64,000 nt of DNA from Nitrosopumilus sp. (GTDB lineage: Archaea > Thermoproteota > Nitrososphaeria > Nitrososphaerales > Nitrosopumilaceae), in contig OZ250186.1 in the NCBI GenBank assembly GCA_965238275.1, forward strand, positions 1,344,001 to 1,408,000. Direction: 5' to 3'. The notes beneath the pieces were generated by a model. The model did no database searches. It saw only the letters and a program-made list of their open reading frames with translations, and was not told the origin of the DNA. Positions 21,878 through 30,878 of this stretch are shown here, in pieces. The stretch's first letter is position 1, and each line of letters starts with the position of its first letter. Position numbers and translations under genes: made by a program.

Positions 21878-22291
21878 CTAGATTCCCCCCACCCTTGAAG
21901 GATGGAACACTGCTATGCCGACCCAGCCTGAAACCTTCAAAAGCATCCTGTCAAAGGTTACCAGCACGTAGTCGTTTGCCCTGCAGATTGACAGAATCTG
22001 GTTGTCCCCCTCGTGGCACCCCCGGTACTGCTCAGTTACCATCCTTGCAGACCTGTCCTGCTCTGCTGTAAGATTCGATACCTGGACTGGCCTTCCAAGA
22101 AGCCTTGAGACCTTTTCAATTACGGCCCTGGCTGACAATCCCCTGACGCGCCTCACCTCTCCGAGCACCACATCGCACAGCACTATCCTGATTGACTTTC
22201 CCCGGAATCCCGCACGCAGCCTCCGTGGCAGGCCGGGATCCTCCATAAGGCCAATCACCACACACGAGTCGAGGGCTACTGTCTGTTCCAT
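21878..22291 (-). CDS. PIN-domain protein (putative RNase)
   Basis: VALDSCVV, ..GEV.., GDNQIL and LVTFD acidic PIN motifs. Confidence 0.85.
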   Translation of the reverse strand: MEQTVALDSCVVIGLMEDPGLPRRLRAGFRGKSIRIVLCDVVLGEVRRVRGLSARAVIEKVSRLLGRPVQVSNLTAEQDRSARMVTEQYRGCHEGDNQILSICRANDYVLVTFDRMLLKVSGWVGIAVFHPSRVGGI

Positions 22292-22329
22292 GGGTTATAT
22301 TGACTAGAAGCATTATTATGTATAATAGA

Positions 22330-22364
22330 CATACTATCAATAGTATGGCAAGTATCAATAGTAT
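22330..22364. promoter_or_regulatory. Palindromic operator candidate in the divergent promoter
   Basis: CATACTAT-CA-ATAGTATG perfect palindrome at 22330-22347 overlaps the ATG; TATCAATAGTAT repeated at 22353-22364. Confidence 0.55.
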
Positions 22365-23109
22365 TGACAATCTTGATGTGCTCAGGGTACACATTGCACC
22401 AGTGGGCTTTGAGGTGGACAGGATCGTCATACCCCTGAGACAAAAAAAGGCAGACAGGCTCTGGCTTTTGGTCCATGAGAATCCGTCACTGGACCAGTCC
22501 GGGCCGTATGTGGAAAAGATAGAAGAGGAGTGCCGGAGACTCGGTGTCGATCTGAAAAAACAGTCCGCAGACCGGATGGACATGTTTGGCATGATAAGGA
22601 ATATCAGCAACATCATCAAGGCCGAGAAGCGCAACCTTGTCTATGTCAATGTTGCATCCGGCTCGAAGATTCAGGCAATCGCGTGCATGATGGCATGCAT
22701 GATCCTAAAAAAGTATGAGAACCTAAAGCCGTTTTATGCCATTCCAGAAAAGTATGCCGCCCTTGACGGCAAGCCGCAGTCCTTTGGGGTAAAAGACATG
22801 GTGCCGCTGCCCGTTTATGGGATGCAGATTCCAAAACCAAAACTGCTTCAGGCCCTAAAGATAGTGGCAGAACACAAGGATCAAAGGATTACCAAAAAGG
22901 AGATGGCGCAGGTAGCCGACGACAAAAAACTGATCACTGTCAGTGCCGGGGAATCAAACTACTCCCAGGTAAGGTATGCCAGCCTTCAGAACAACATCAT
23001 AGACCCCCTGGAGAACCAGTGGAAGTTCGTCAGGGTTGAAAAGATAGGGCGCAACCGCTGGATAATGCTTACTGACGAGGGAAGACACGCCGTGGGCTTT
23101 ATGGCGTGA
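22345..23109 (+). CDS. DUF6293/HFX_2341-like regulator (CARF-like domain + winged HTH)
   Basis: RVHIAPVGFE.DR and YVNVASGSK motifs; C-terminal wHTH (..KIGRNRWIMLTDEG). Confidence 0.8.
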   Translation: MASINSIDNLDVLRVHIAPVGFEVDRIVIPLRQKKADRLWLLVHENPSLDQSGPYVEKIEEECRRLGVDLKKQSADRMDMFGMIRNISNIIKAEKRNLVYVNVASGSKIQAIACMMACMILKKYENLKPFYAIPEKYAALDGKPQSFGVKDMVPLPVYGMQIPKPKLLQALKIVAEHKDQRITKKEMAQVADDKKLITVSAGESNYSQVRYASLQNNIIDPLENQWKFVRVEKIGRNRWIMLTDEGRHAVGFMA

Positions 23110-23143
23110 GCCGCGCGGGCTTGTACCGCGTCCTGGACTGAAC

Positions 23144-23467
23144 CTATGTCCTTAGGTTGATCTCGATCGTATCTCCGACCTGGGGCCGTTTGATGCTGTT
23201 GTATCTTGACTTGGGCATCGCGATTGTGATCTGAGTCTGCTGGTATGTCTTGATGTTTACTGTGGGCTGGGCCTGCAGTATGGCCTCTAGGAGCGGCATT
23301 ACGTGCTCCTTGGTCTCCGAATCAAGCCTTTTTGAGACGTTTTCTATTATCATCTGCTTTTGCGATATTGGCTCGGTGGACACGTTCTCGATCAGTGTCA
23401 TCTGGACGGTCTGGCCATTGTCTACTATCTGTGTAATCCTAAACTCGTTTGTCGCTGACAATGCCAT
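23144..23467 (-). CDS. Hypothetical protein
   Basis: 107-aa ORF with protein-like composition. Confidence 0.75.
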   Translation of the reverse strand: MALSATNEFRITQIVDNGQTVQMTLIENVSTEPISQKQMIIENVSKRLDSETKEHVMPLLEAILQAQPTVNIKTYQQTQITIAMPKSRYNSIKRPQVGDTIEINLRT

Positions 23468-23625
23468 GGTGGGGAATTTATCGTGATTTATCTCTAGCGA
23501 ATCGAAAAGTAGAGTGCAACAGCAGCCGTTGTTACTGCGCCTGCCACGCCCAGGACAAAGATAATCTTGCCCCCCTCAACCTTCATGATCCGGTGTATCG
23601 CAGTCTGAATTAAAATTGTATTGTT

Positions 23626-23660
23626 TTGCTTTGCTTTGCTTTGCTTTGCTTTGCTTTGCT
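23626..23660. repeat. Pentanucleotide microsatellite (TTGCT)7
   Basis: Seven perfect units directly 3' of gene 23668..24021. Confidence 0.95.
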
Positions 23661-23667
23661 TGCCTAA

Positions 23668-24021
23668 TCAGTCCTGCGTGGCTATGTCGGGAGTTTCCTG
23701 CGCCGTCTCTGCATGGGGTTTCTCCCCGGGAATCCCTGCACTCATCGACTCCATTATGGATTTCTTGATTAATGCGGACCTGCCTTTGAGTATATGGTTG
23801 AACTCCCTGATGTCATCCAGGCTTGGCGTCTGCTGCTGGGTCTGGTATGCCTGCAGGAATCCGGAATACACGCATCCTGCAATAACGCCAAATGCCGTGT
23901 CTGAAACCGACTCTACCTCCGGCACGAACTTCTCTGCTATCTGCCTGTATGACTCTGACTCGCTTATGTAGTAGTCTATGAGGTTGTCGATGAAGACCCT
24001 GTTCTCCTTGGAAATTGCCAT
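23668..24021 (-). CDS. Hypothetical protein
   Basis: 117-aa ORF preceded by a GGAGG-like RBS. Confidence 0.8.
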   Translation of the reverse strand: MAISKENRVFIDNLIDYYISESESYRQIAEKFVPEVESVSDTAFGVIAGCVYSGFLQAYQTQQQTPSLDDIREFNHILKGRSALIKKSIMESMSAGIPGEKPHAETAQETPDIATQD

Positions 24022-24071
24022 ACCATTCCTTGACCTCCTTGGTTATTTATCAATAGTTGACCGTTTATTAA

Positions 24072-24551
24072 TTGACAAATCAATCCATTATAGCATTGTG
24101 GAAGCTGGATTTTGATGAGGGCTACTTTCGTATATACGACTCAAAGAAGATGATCGCAGGATACTTTGATCCCGACTATGGCGACATTAATTCGGACCAG
24201 GACTTTGAAGAGGTTGCCGCTACCATGATAAAGGATCGCGTGCCGGTTCCGGGGGGCGTCATAATGGTCCCGCTTGTAAAGTTTCGACTGTTTGATACCG
24301 ACCTGAACGTCCTGCTGTCTAACGTGGAGCAGAACGTGCTCCGGGTGGCCGGGCACCTGCAGAAGTGGAGGCGTTTTCTCAGCGAGGCCGGCTGCAGGAC
24401 CCATTCGGTAAGGATCTCCCACACGGATCAGGACATGCTGACAGTAACGTTTCCGGTAACCTTCTCGGGGCCCACCCCGCTGGATGCAACCCGGCTGATC
24501 TCCGAGATAAGCCCTACCCTGGACAGGCTGCAAAATTCCGGCCTTTTATGA
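24072..24551 (+). CDS. Hypothetical protein
   Basis: 159-aa ORF, divergent from the previous gene. Confidence 0.75.
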   Translation: MTNQSIIALWKLDFDEGYFRIYDSKKMIAGYFDPDYGDINSDQDFEEVAATMIKDRVPVPGGVIMVPLVKFRLFDTDLNVLLSNVEQNVLRVAGHLQKWRRFLSEAGCRTHSVRISHTDQDMLTVTFPVTFSGPTPLDATRLISEISPTLDRLQNSGLL

Positions 24552-25272
24552 TTCTGCCTGAATACCTTGTCGCTATGATGCAGGCAGACAGCGCTGTCAC
24601 AAGCAGTACCGTGACGCCCACTGGAAACTCGGGAACTGCTGCATACTCTTCTGATTCTGCGACCAGGGCGTATCTGCTGACGTCGCTGGTCTGGATCTTG
24701 TCTGGCACCGATACCAGAAAGAACACATCCCCGTCTGCCCTCAGGTAGTCCGGCTCCGGGTTGACCCTTGAGACGGCAGCCACGTCCCCGTTGTCATCAT
24801 ACAAAGTCGCAATCACTGTTACCGTATTTGCCGTAATCTCCCCCCTGTTGGTGACGATTCCCGTTATCATCAGGTTGTCGTGGATGTCCCTTGAAATCTC
24901 AGATCTGGTGATGTCTATCACCTGATTCCTTGGGGGCGCGACCCTGTAGTCAAGGTCCAGCAGGTATGACTGGGCCTCCCCTGCGATGCTGCCTGTCAGT
25001 ATGAGATCAAACGGGCTCATCATGCCGGGCATCACGATGTTTACAAGCGAGCCTGTCTCCTCTGTCGCGATGGGGCTGCCTGATTCGTCAAGAAGCGTTA
25101 TGTGCACTGTCATCTGGTTCAGCGGAAACTGCAGGTCGTTTCTGATCTCCCCGACTATGTGGAGCGAGCCGTCGTCGCCTATGTACTGCCGGTCGTTTTG
25201 GATGTACACCTCGCCAAATGCCAGCGGCATTCCCCCGGCAAGAATCATGGCCATTACAAGAAGCACCCTCAT
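24514..25272 (-). CDS. FxLYD-domain secreted protein with a PEF-type C-terminal sorting signal
   Basis: Two Ig-like repeats (ITLLDESG, ATLYDDNG); VPEFP followed by a TM helix and basic tail. Confidence 0.8.
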   Translation of the reverse strand: MRVLLVMAMILAGGMPLAFGEVYIQNDRQYIGDDGSLHIVGEIRNDLQFPLNQMTVHITLLDESGSPIATEETGSLVNIVMPGMMSPFDLILTGSIAGEAQSYLLDLDYRVAPPRNQVIDITRSEISRDIHDNLMITGIVTNRGEITANTVTVIATLYDDNGDVAAVSRVNPEPDYLRADGDVFFLVSVPDKIQTSDVSRYALVAESEEYAAVPEFPVGVTVLLVTALSACIIATRYSGRIIKGRNFAACPG

Positions 25273-25318
25273 ACCTGATCTTCCCCACACTTTGTCTAAA
25301 GTAGTTTTTGCCGGCATC

Positions 25319-26008
25319 CTATGGCAGGTGCTCTGTCTTCCATGCCTCTGCATCGCCGATGCATTCGGACCAGCCGGCCTCTGCTGCATCTGAGGCAAAT
25401 CCTTCTGACCCGTCCCCAAACGCCTCGTCGCACTGGTTCTTCATGTGCTCGTACACGTCAATGACCACCTGCGTCAGCCCGCTCTGCGGCGCCTCGAATT
25501 TTTCTGGTTCGTCATAACTCTTGACGCCTGTCTTGGCCGAATAAAACTCGACTAGCCCAAACAGCTCATACTCCAATGATTCCTGAAGATGTGCATCCGA
25601 CCTTATCCTGGCAGACTCGTCGCCCGTCTTGATCCACTCGATGAGCTGCCTGTCGCTTTCCATCTGCGTCTCTGAGGAGAGTTTGAGCAGCTCCACCGAG
25701 CCCCTGAACAGCTCAGGCGGATCCAGCCGGTCATACCCTGCAATCACGCCCAAAAAGTCAGCCAGGTGCCCGTCATAAAACTCCAGCAGCTGCTCCTTTG
25801 TAATGTCCCCTTCCTCCCATTTTGTCTTCTCCGAGTAGAACCCTGCCTGCAGCTGCCTTACGTCCTCCTGGATAATCTCCAGCTCTATTCCAAACTGCAG
25901 TCCCTTCTGTTTGGTCTGCTCGGCCGTGTAGCTGTATGCAATGACTGCCGATACCATTACCACTGCGATGATGCCGATCGTGATGTTTTGGATCTTTTTC
26001 TTCTTCAA
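25319..26008 (-). CDS. Membrane-anchored hypothetical protein
   Basis: N-terminal TM helix; start overlaps the stop of the upstream gene. Confidence 0.8.
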   Translation of the reverse strand: MKKKKIQNITIGIIAVVMVSAVIAYSYTAEQTKQKGLQFGIELEIIQEDVRQLQAGFYSEKTKWEEGDITKEQLLEFYDGHLADFLGVIAGYDRLDPPELFRGSVELLKLSSETQMESDRQLIEWIKTGDESARIRSDAHLQESLEYELFGLVEFYSAKTGVKSYDEPEKFEAPQSGLTQVVIDVYEHMKNQCDEAFGDGSEGFASDAAEAGWSECIGDAEAWKTEHLP

Positions 26009-26301
26009 AGGTAGTCGATATAGTTTCCGTTCTCGTCTAATTTTAATTCGATTGTAAACTCTGTTCCGCTGATAAACGACTCGTTCCTAGTTGACCTGAC
26101 CCTTCCCACTACCAGCTCGTATGGCCATATCTCCACCACGATGGAGCCGATTGACACTGTGGGGGTTTCTGTAATCTCCATGTCCTCCCGTTTCACCCCG
26201 TGCCTTTCCAGCATGTGTATTGCGTGATCCAAAAGCGGTTCGGGGTTGTTGTAGTTTAGAACCCAGACCGGTCGCTCATAGTCAATCTTGCGCAATCTCA
26301 A
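26005..26301 (-). CDS. Hypothetical protein
   Basis: 98-aa ORF translationally coupled to 25319..26008. Confidence 0.75.
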   Translation of the reverse strand: MRLRKIDYERPVWVLNYNNPEPLLDHAIHMLERHGVKREDMEITETPTVSIGSIVVEIWPYELVVGRVRSTRNESFISGTEFTIELKLDENGNYIDYL

Positions 26302-26369
26302 ATAATCCCGGGCACAGTCCTTATAACAATTATCATGTTTGCCCCGTGCCGCTTGGACATGGGATGACC

Positions 26370-26603
26370 CTACTCCGGAACAATCACATTCAGCGTCATC
26401 GTGCTCAGCACCCTGGAGAGCCGCCTGATCCCTGCAATCGTCTTTTCAAACTCGTCCTGGTCATCTGTCTGGATCTCTGCAATGGTGTCATACGCGCCAA
26501 ATGTGATGTATGCGTTGTTCACATGATCCATCTGCCTTAGCTCGTCTACTATGTGCTCCTCTGCGCCAAGATCGCAGTTTAACAGAATGAATCCCCTGTA
26601 CAT
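26370..26603 (-). CDS. Lrp/AsnC ligand-binding (RAM) domain protein
   Basis: FILLNC..G.E, TFGAYD.IAEI and V.ST.TL pattern. Confidence 0.88.
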   Translation of the reverse strand: MYRGFILLNCDLGAEEHIVDELRQMDHVNNAYITFGAYDTIAEIQTDDQDEFEKTIAGIRRLSRVLSTMTLNVIVPE

Positions 26604-26662
26604 TACTTAACATTAGTAGGCGCGATTCAAGTCTTTAAGTCTTGTAGATGTCTCTCACCATC

Positions 26663-27727
26663 TCTGTTGTACGAAAATTAGGTCCGCCTAAGATCAAGCG
26701 TTACGTAAAGGATTACTTTGTCCTTTACCGATCAAGAAAAACGATGGCAAAACGACTGACGGCAAAGTCCATCAGATACGCGATGGCACAGCTCGGCAAG
26801 GGCAGGGGCACGACGGAAGTGGCAACAGAGATCGGCGTGACGCCAAGACATGTCCGCAGGCTGCGGGCCGTGTTCCGTACTGCCGGCACTCCGCAGCGTC
26901 CCGGCCGGCCTGCACGGCCACCATCCCCAGAGGAAGTACGACTTGTGCTGGATGAATGCAGACGGGAACCGCAAGGCGTGCTGCGCACTGCCATGAACCT
27001 GCAGGTAAATCATGATATAGGTTACCAGAGGGTATACCGGATAATGAAGGAGAACGGCCTGGTGGTTTCGTCTGCGGCAAAGTCCAAAAAACGAAAGTGG
27101 GTTCGCTACGAACGAAGGCATTCCAACTCCATGTGGCACACAGACTGGCATGTCATGAAGGATCCGCGCATGAAAGGGCTCAATCTGGTGACCTTTCTGG
27201 ACGACGCGTCAAGATGCGTGACCGGGGTGGGTCTGTTTACTGAGGCCACGTCCGAGAACGTTGTGAAGGTTCTCCGGGATGCAGTCAGGCAGTTCGGCGT
27301 TCCTGCCACCATCCTGTCAGACAACGGCTCATGCTTTGTGGGCGCTACAGGCAGGTACGTGAAGGGGAAGGACGGCAAGAGAATGAAGGCGCCTTCCGGA
27401 TCATGGCAGCCCACCACCTTTGAGGCAGAGCTGCTGGACCTGAGCATAGGGCTGATAAACTCCAGGCCGTACCACCCCCAGACCAACGGCAAGCTTGAGC
27501 GGTTTCACAGGACGCTTGAAGATGAAATATGTCACCGCAGGAGCCTGGCAGAGTACGTCGAATACTATAACGAGAGACGCCTGCACTTTTCGCTGGACAT
27601 TGCCAACCGCGAGACCCCACTCATGGCATTCCATGCCAAGAAAGCGACCGAGGAGATCAGGAATGAGAACTCAAATTGGATGGAGGAGGATACCAATGAC
27701 TAGCGGACATAATTTCCGTATAATACA
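26663..27727 (+). mobile_element. IS481-family insertion sequence, ~16-bp TSD
   Basis: Imperfect 25-bp TIRs related to the element at 5065; GATGTCTCTCACCATC at 26647-26662 and 27728-27743. Confidence 0.9.
26744..27703 (+). CDS. IS481-family transposase (rve integrase core), intact
   Basis: WHTDW, LDDASR, SDNGS and PQTNGKLERF motifs. Confidence 0.92.
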   Translation: MAKRLTAKSIRYAMAQLGKGRGTTEVATEIGVTPRHVRRLRAVFRTAGTPQRPGRPARPPSPEEVRLVLDECRREPQGVLRTAMNLQVNHDIGYQRVYRIMKENGLVVSSAAKSKKRKWVRYERRHSNSMWHTDWHVMKDPRMKGLNLVTFLDDASRCVTGVGLFTEATSENVVKVLRDAVRQFGVPATILSDNGSCFVGATGRYVKGKDGKRMKAPSGSWQPTTFEAELLDLSIGLINSRPYHPQTNGKLERFHRTLEDEICHRRSLAEYVEYYNERRLHFSLDIANRETPLMAFHAKKATEEIRNENSNWMEEDTND

Positions 27728-27735
27728 GATGTCTC

Positions 27736-29073
27736 TCACCATCTGCTGCGGCCGCCGTAGCTGTTCCGGTATCCCTTGTCGCTGGATCTTCTTCCTCCTC
27801 CATGCTGGTCGTCCCTTGAGTCGTGCCGTTTATCTGATCTGCCGTATCCGCCACCTCCTCCACCTGAGCGGCCTCCTCCCCTTGAATAGCCTCCCCTTGA
27901 CTGGCTTCCGAATCTTCTTGGAGATGATGTCTGTCTCTTCAGGGGATCCGGAATCGATACCTTGATTCCCATCTCCTCGTTCAAGTCCTTGATGGGTACC
28001 TTGATCTGGCGCTTGATGATGTTCCAGTCGCCGACTGAGGAGTATGAGACAAATGTTATGGCCTTTCCCTTTGCACCCGCCCTGGCTGTCCTTCCAATTC
28101 GGTGAAAGTATACCAGTTCCTGGTTTGGAATGTCATAGTTGATCACCAGCCCCACCCTTGGAACGTCTATTCCCCTGGATGCGACGTCTGTTGCAACCAG
28201 AATGTGTGCCTTGTTGCTGCGAAACTTTGACATGGACTGCTCCCTTCTGTGCTGGGACATGTCACCTTCGATTACAACCGCATCAAATCTCTCCCTGTGG
28301 AGAAACCTGCCCACGTCCCTAGTTCTGTACTTTGTTGAACAAAACACGATGCACTGGCCCTTGCCTTGCTTGATAAAGTCAACCAGGTACTTGGACTTGT
28401 CCCTGTCCTTGATGACCAGGAATGACTGGTCTATTCCCTCTCCGCTCAGATTATCTGCATCCAGAAGAAACTGTTTCGCGTTGGACAGATACTCTTCTGA
28501 GAGCCTTAGAATCTCAGTCGGCATGGTGGCCGAAAAGAGCGACATCACCCTCTCCTCCGGGGCCAGATCAAGGATGAACTGGATGTCGTCGATAAATCCC
28601 ATGTCAAGCATCGTGTCTGCCTCGTCAAGAACGATGTGGGTCACATCCCTGAGGTCTATGGAGCCCCTTTTGAGGTGGTCAATCATCCTTCCGGGAGTCG
28701 CCACGACGATCTCCACGCCTCTCTCAAGTGCGTCCAGCTGGAGTCCCATTCCCTGTCCGCCGTAGATTGTGGCCACCCTGATGTCCGTGTATTTGCCGAA
28801 TTTCTTTATCTCGCCTGTTATCTGCATTGCAAGCTCCCTTGTGGGTGCCATTATCAGCCCCTGGATTCCGTTCTTTGGCTTTATCTCCTGCAGCATGGAT
28901 AGTGCAAATGCGGCAGTCTTGCCGGATCCCGTGTGTGCCTGTCCGACGACATCCCTGCCTGTAAGCAGGACCGGAATCACTGCCTCTTGGATGGGAAATA
29001 CATCCTCATACCCGAGATCCTCGATTCCCTTCAGTATTTCCTTTCTTAATCCCAATTCTTCAAACTTTATCAT
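27736..29073 (-). CDS. DEAD-box RNA helicase
   Basis: AHTGSGKT, PTRELA, DEAD, SAT and HRIGRTAR motifs; RGG-rich tail. Confidence 0.96.
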   Translation of the reverse strand: MIKFEELGLRKEILKGIEDLGYEDVFPIQEAVIPVLLTGRDVVGQAHTGSGKTAAFALSMLQEIKPKNGIQGLIMAPTRELAMQITGEIKKFGKYTDIRVATIYGGQGMGLQLDALERGVEIVVATPGRMIDHLKRGSIDLRDVTHIVLDEADTMLDMGFIDDIQFILDLAPEERVMSLFSATMPTEILRLSEEYLSNAKQFLLDADNLSGEGIDQSFLVIKDRDKSKYLVDFIKQGKGQCIVFCSTKYRTRDVGRFLHRERFDAVVIEGDMSQHRREQSMSKFRSNKAHILVATDVASRGIDVPRVGLVINYDIPNQELVYFHRIGRTARAGAKGKAITFVSYSSVGDWNIIKRQIKVPIKDLNEEMGIKVSIPDPLKRQTSSPRRFGSQSRGGYSRGGGRSGGGGGGYGRSDKRHDSRDDQHGGGRRSSDKGYRNSYGGRSRW

Positions 29074-29286
29074 TTCATCTTCTACTCTTAGGCAATGGCG
29101 AAAAGGTGTATTGCGTCTCCGTCATCATTTTAACACATACATTCGGAAAATAGGTCTAATAAACCCTTGTTAGGGATCCGCAACATGGCAGTTGAGACGG
29201 CACTGCATGTATGTGCCCGGACCGAGCCCGGACGTGTGCCGTCCCGCACTTCCAAGAATTAAATATCTACGTGCCGGTACGGTACC

Positions 29287-30171
29287 ATGACAGGCATCCG
29301 AATCGATGGAAAGATCATAGCGCAGTCGCTCAGGGACAAGATTGGCATGCAGGTTGCGGCATTAAAACGCCAGGGAATAGACCCGTGCCTGGCAACTGTC
29401 CTTGTGGGTGATGATCCGGCGTCTGCCACATACGTCAGAAACAAGCACAAGGCCTGCATGGATGTGGGAATTGCGACAAGGGATTACAAGCTTGATGCCG
29501 ATGCCGCCCAGTCCCAACTGAACCAGACGATAGACGATCTGAATTCTGACGACTCTATTCATGGCATACTCGTCCAGCTTCCCCTGCCCGATCACCTGGA
29601 CGAGTTCATGACAACCTCAAGAATCTCCCCTGAAAAGGACGTCGACGGGCTGACTCCGCACAACGCAGGACTGCTTGCCGTGGGAAAGGCGGATCTTGTG
29701 GCATGCACGCCGTCCGGAGTCATGGAGATGTTCAGGTATCACGGGATTGATCTGGACGGAAGACGCGTCGTGCTGATTAATAGGAGCAATCTGGTCGGAA
29801 AGCCGCTGTACCACCTGCTGCTGAATCAAAACGCCACTGTCACGACGTGCCATTCCAGGACAAAAGGGATACAGGGGATATGCCAGAATGCAGACATCAT
29901 AATCACTGCCGTTGGCGACAGGGACAGGTTTGTGCTGACCCCTGGGATGATAAGGGACGGCGCAGTCGTTATTGACGTGGCCATATCCAGGTTTGAGGGC
30001 AGGCTTGCAGGGGATGCAGACTATGATGGAATAATCAAAAAGGCCTCCTTTGCCACGCCCGTACCCGGAGGCGTGGGCCCGATGACAGTTGCAATGCTGC
30101 TAAAAAACACAGTTACTGCAGCTACAGCAGCTACAGCAGCAGCAACAGCATCCCGGAGATCACGGGATTGA
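29287..30171 (+). CDS. folD: Bifunctional methylenetetrahydrofolate dehydrogenase/cyclohydrolase
   Basis: YVRNK, QLPLP, KDVDG and PVPGGVGPMTVAML motifs. Confidence 0.96.
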   Translation: MTGIRIDGKIIAQSLRDKIGMQVAALKRQGIDPCLATVLVGDDPASATYVRNKHKACMDVGIATRDYKLDADAAQSQLNQTIDDLNSDDSIHGILVQLPLPDHLDEFMTTSRISPEKDVDGLTPHNAGLLAVGKADLVACTPSGVMEMFRYHGIDLDGRRVVLINRSNLVGKPLYHLLLNQNATVTTCHSRTKGIQGICQNADIIITAVGDRDRFVLTPGMIRDGAVVIDVAISRFEGRLAGDADYDGIIKKASFATPVPGGVGPMTVAMLLKNTVTAATAATAAATASRRSRD

Positions 30172-30731
30172 GCGACCCTGACCGGAGCTCGCTTCGGAAT
30201 CTCTTACTGGAGCGGAGGGACGGCACCTCGTTTGATCTTCTGAGGATATCAAGCAAAACGATACAAAACAGGCTCGGCAGCATCGCAGCGTACAGGGACG
30301 CAGTCCGAATAGGGGCATACCACCCCATCGGAAGCGAGATCCTGACGCAGGAGATCATCCAGAACCTGATAAGCAGCGGAAAGGAGGTGTTCCTGCCCCG
30401 AATCTCCGGCAGGGACAACATGGAGTTTGGGCGGATTCGTGACTTTTCGGACCTTGAGAAGGGCAGCCTTGGCATCATGGAGCCCAAGGACGGATGCCCC
30501 GTCGGCGACCCCCTTGACGTGGTACTTGTCCCGACAGTCGGAATATCGCCTGACGGGGTGCGCCTGGGATACGGCCACGGATACTATGACAGGTTCCTTG
30601 CAGGCTGCAGTGCCGTGACAGTCTCGCTGACACTTGAAAAGCAGGTCATCAAGAAGATTCCACAGTCCAGCCACGACATCCTGATTGACTGGATTGTGAC
30701 AGAAGAGAGGGTCATACAGACCCAAAAGTAG
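30168..30731 (+). CDS. 5-formyltetrahydrofolate cyclo-ligase
   Basis: RLGYGHGYYDRFL and HDILID motifs; coupled to folD. Confidence 0.95.
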   Translation: MSDPDRSSLRNLLLERRDGTSFDLLRISSKTIQNRLGSIAAYRDAVRIGAYHPIGSEILTQEIIQNLISSGKEVFLPRISGRDNMEFGRIRDFSDLEKGSLGIMEPKDGCPVGDPLDVVLVPTVGISPDGVRLGYGHGYYDRFLAGCSAVTVSLTLEKQVIKKIPQSSHDILIDWIVTEERVIQTQK

Positions 30732-30878
30732 GAAAAGGCAACTTCTGCCGTTATCCATCCGGCAGGACCGCCCGTGATGCTATCCTGCTGCATGCGTTCT
30801 GATGGGGAGATTCAGATTATGCCTGCCATACCGTCCATGGTTTTATCTTTATAATGCCACGCCCTCATCTGAACCCTG

